From contig JAUWWY010000003.1 in the NCBI GenBank assembly GCA_030616605.1, positions 6,707 through 70,706 on the forward strand: a stretch of 64,000 bases of DNA, written 5' to 3'. Under the pieces are notes generated by a model. That model saw only the letters and a list, made by a program, of their open reading frames with translations. It had not been told where the DNA came from and searched no databases. Shown in pieces: positions 59,889 through 64,000 of this stretch (position 1 is the first letter of the stretch; every line of letters starts with the position of its first letter). Source of the stretch: a bacterium. GTDB taxonomy: Bacteria; Patescibacteriota; Minisyncoccia; Minisyncoccales; CG1-02-41-26. The position numbers and the translations under genes are program-made.

Positions 59889-64000
<4,112 letters not shown>

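Overview
The window is a low-GC (about 30% by eye, not computed), tightly packed and mostly minus-strand bacterial segment. Its content resembles a streamlined Candidate Phyla Radiation/Patescibacteria-type genome; that is inference from short EF-Ts and HrcA, FemAB, pilin, giant surface proteins and an unlinked rRNA operon. Housekeeping blocks are hrcA-grpE-dnaK-dnaJ, ftsQ/femAB/murF, serS, lysS, PBP2-mreD-mreC, tsf-rpsB, rpmE plus a release factor, rplY, a glycolysis/PEP cluster (ppsA, gap, apgM, eno), acs, trxB, galU and ftsZ. The rRNA genes are split. The 16S-tRNAIle-tRNAAla unit (36.5-38.3 kb) and the 23S-5S unit (30.0-33.2 kb) each have their own promoter. The 3.3 kb between them holds an operon of four tandem mini-HTH paralogs plus a Swt1-like HEPN protein, a roughly 300-nt structured RNA I could not classify, and a membrane protein. 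The 16S 3' tail reads GAUCAUUUCUUUA, so the canonical CCUCC anti-Shine-Dalgarno is absent. A visibly higher-GC block (about 6.4-14.7 kb) next to tRNA-Lys contains five tandem WG-repeat paralogs with 3, 4 or 5 modules of 34 aa, each in its own promoter/terminator cassette. The same block carries an orotate-PRTase-like gene, purH, purE and purB behind near-identical promoter-leader cassettes with strong AAGGAG sites. Two giant surface proteins flank the window: an LTD/FN3/DUF1566 protein, and a tail-fibre-like protein of at least 1367 aa with an internal peptidase S74 chaperone domain. All coordinates not taken from the ORF track are hand-derived and may be off by 1-2 nt.
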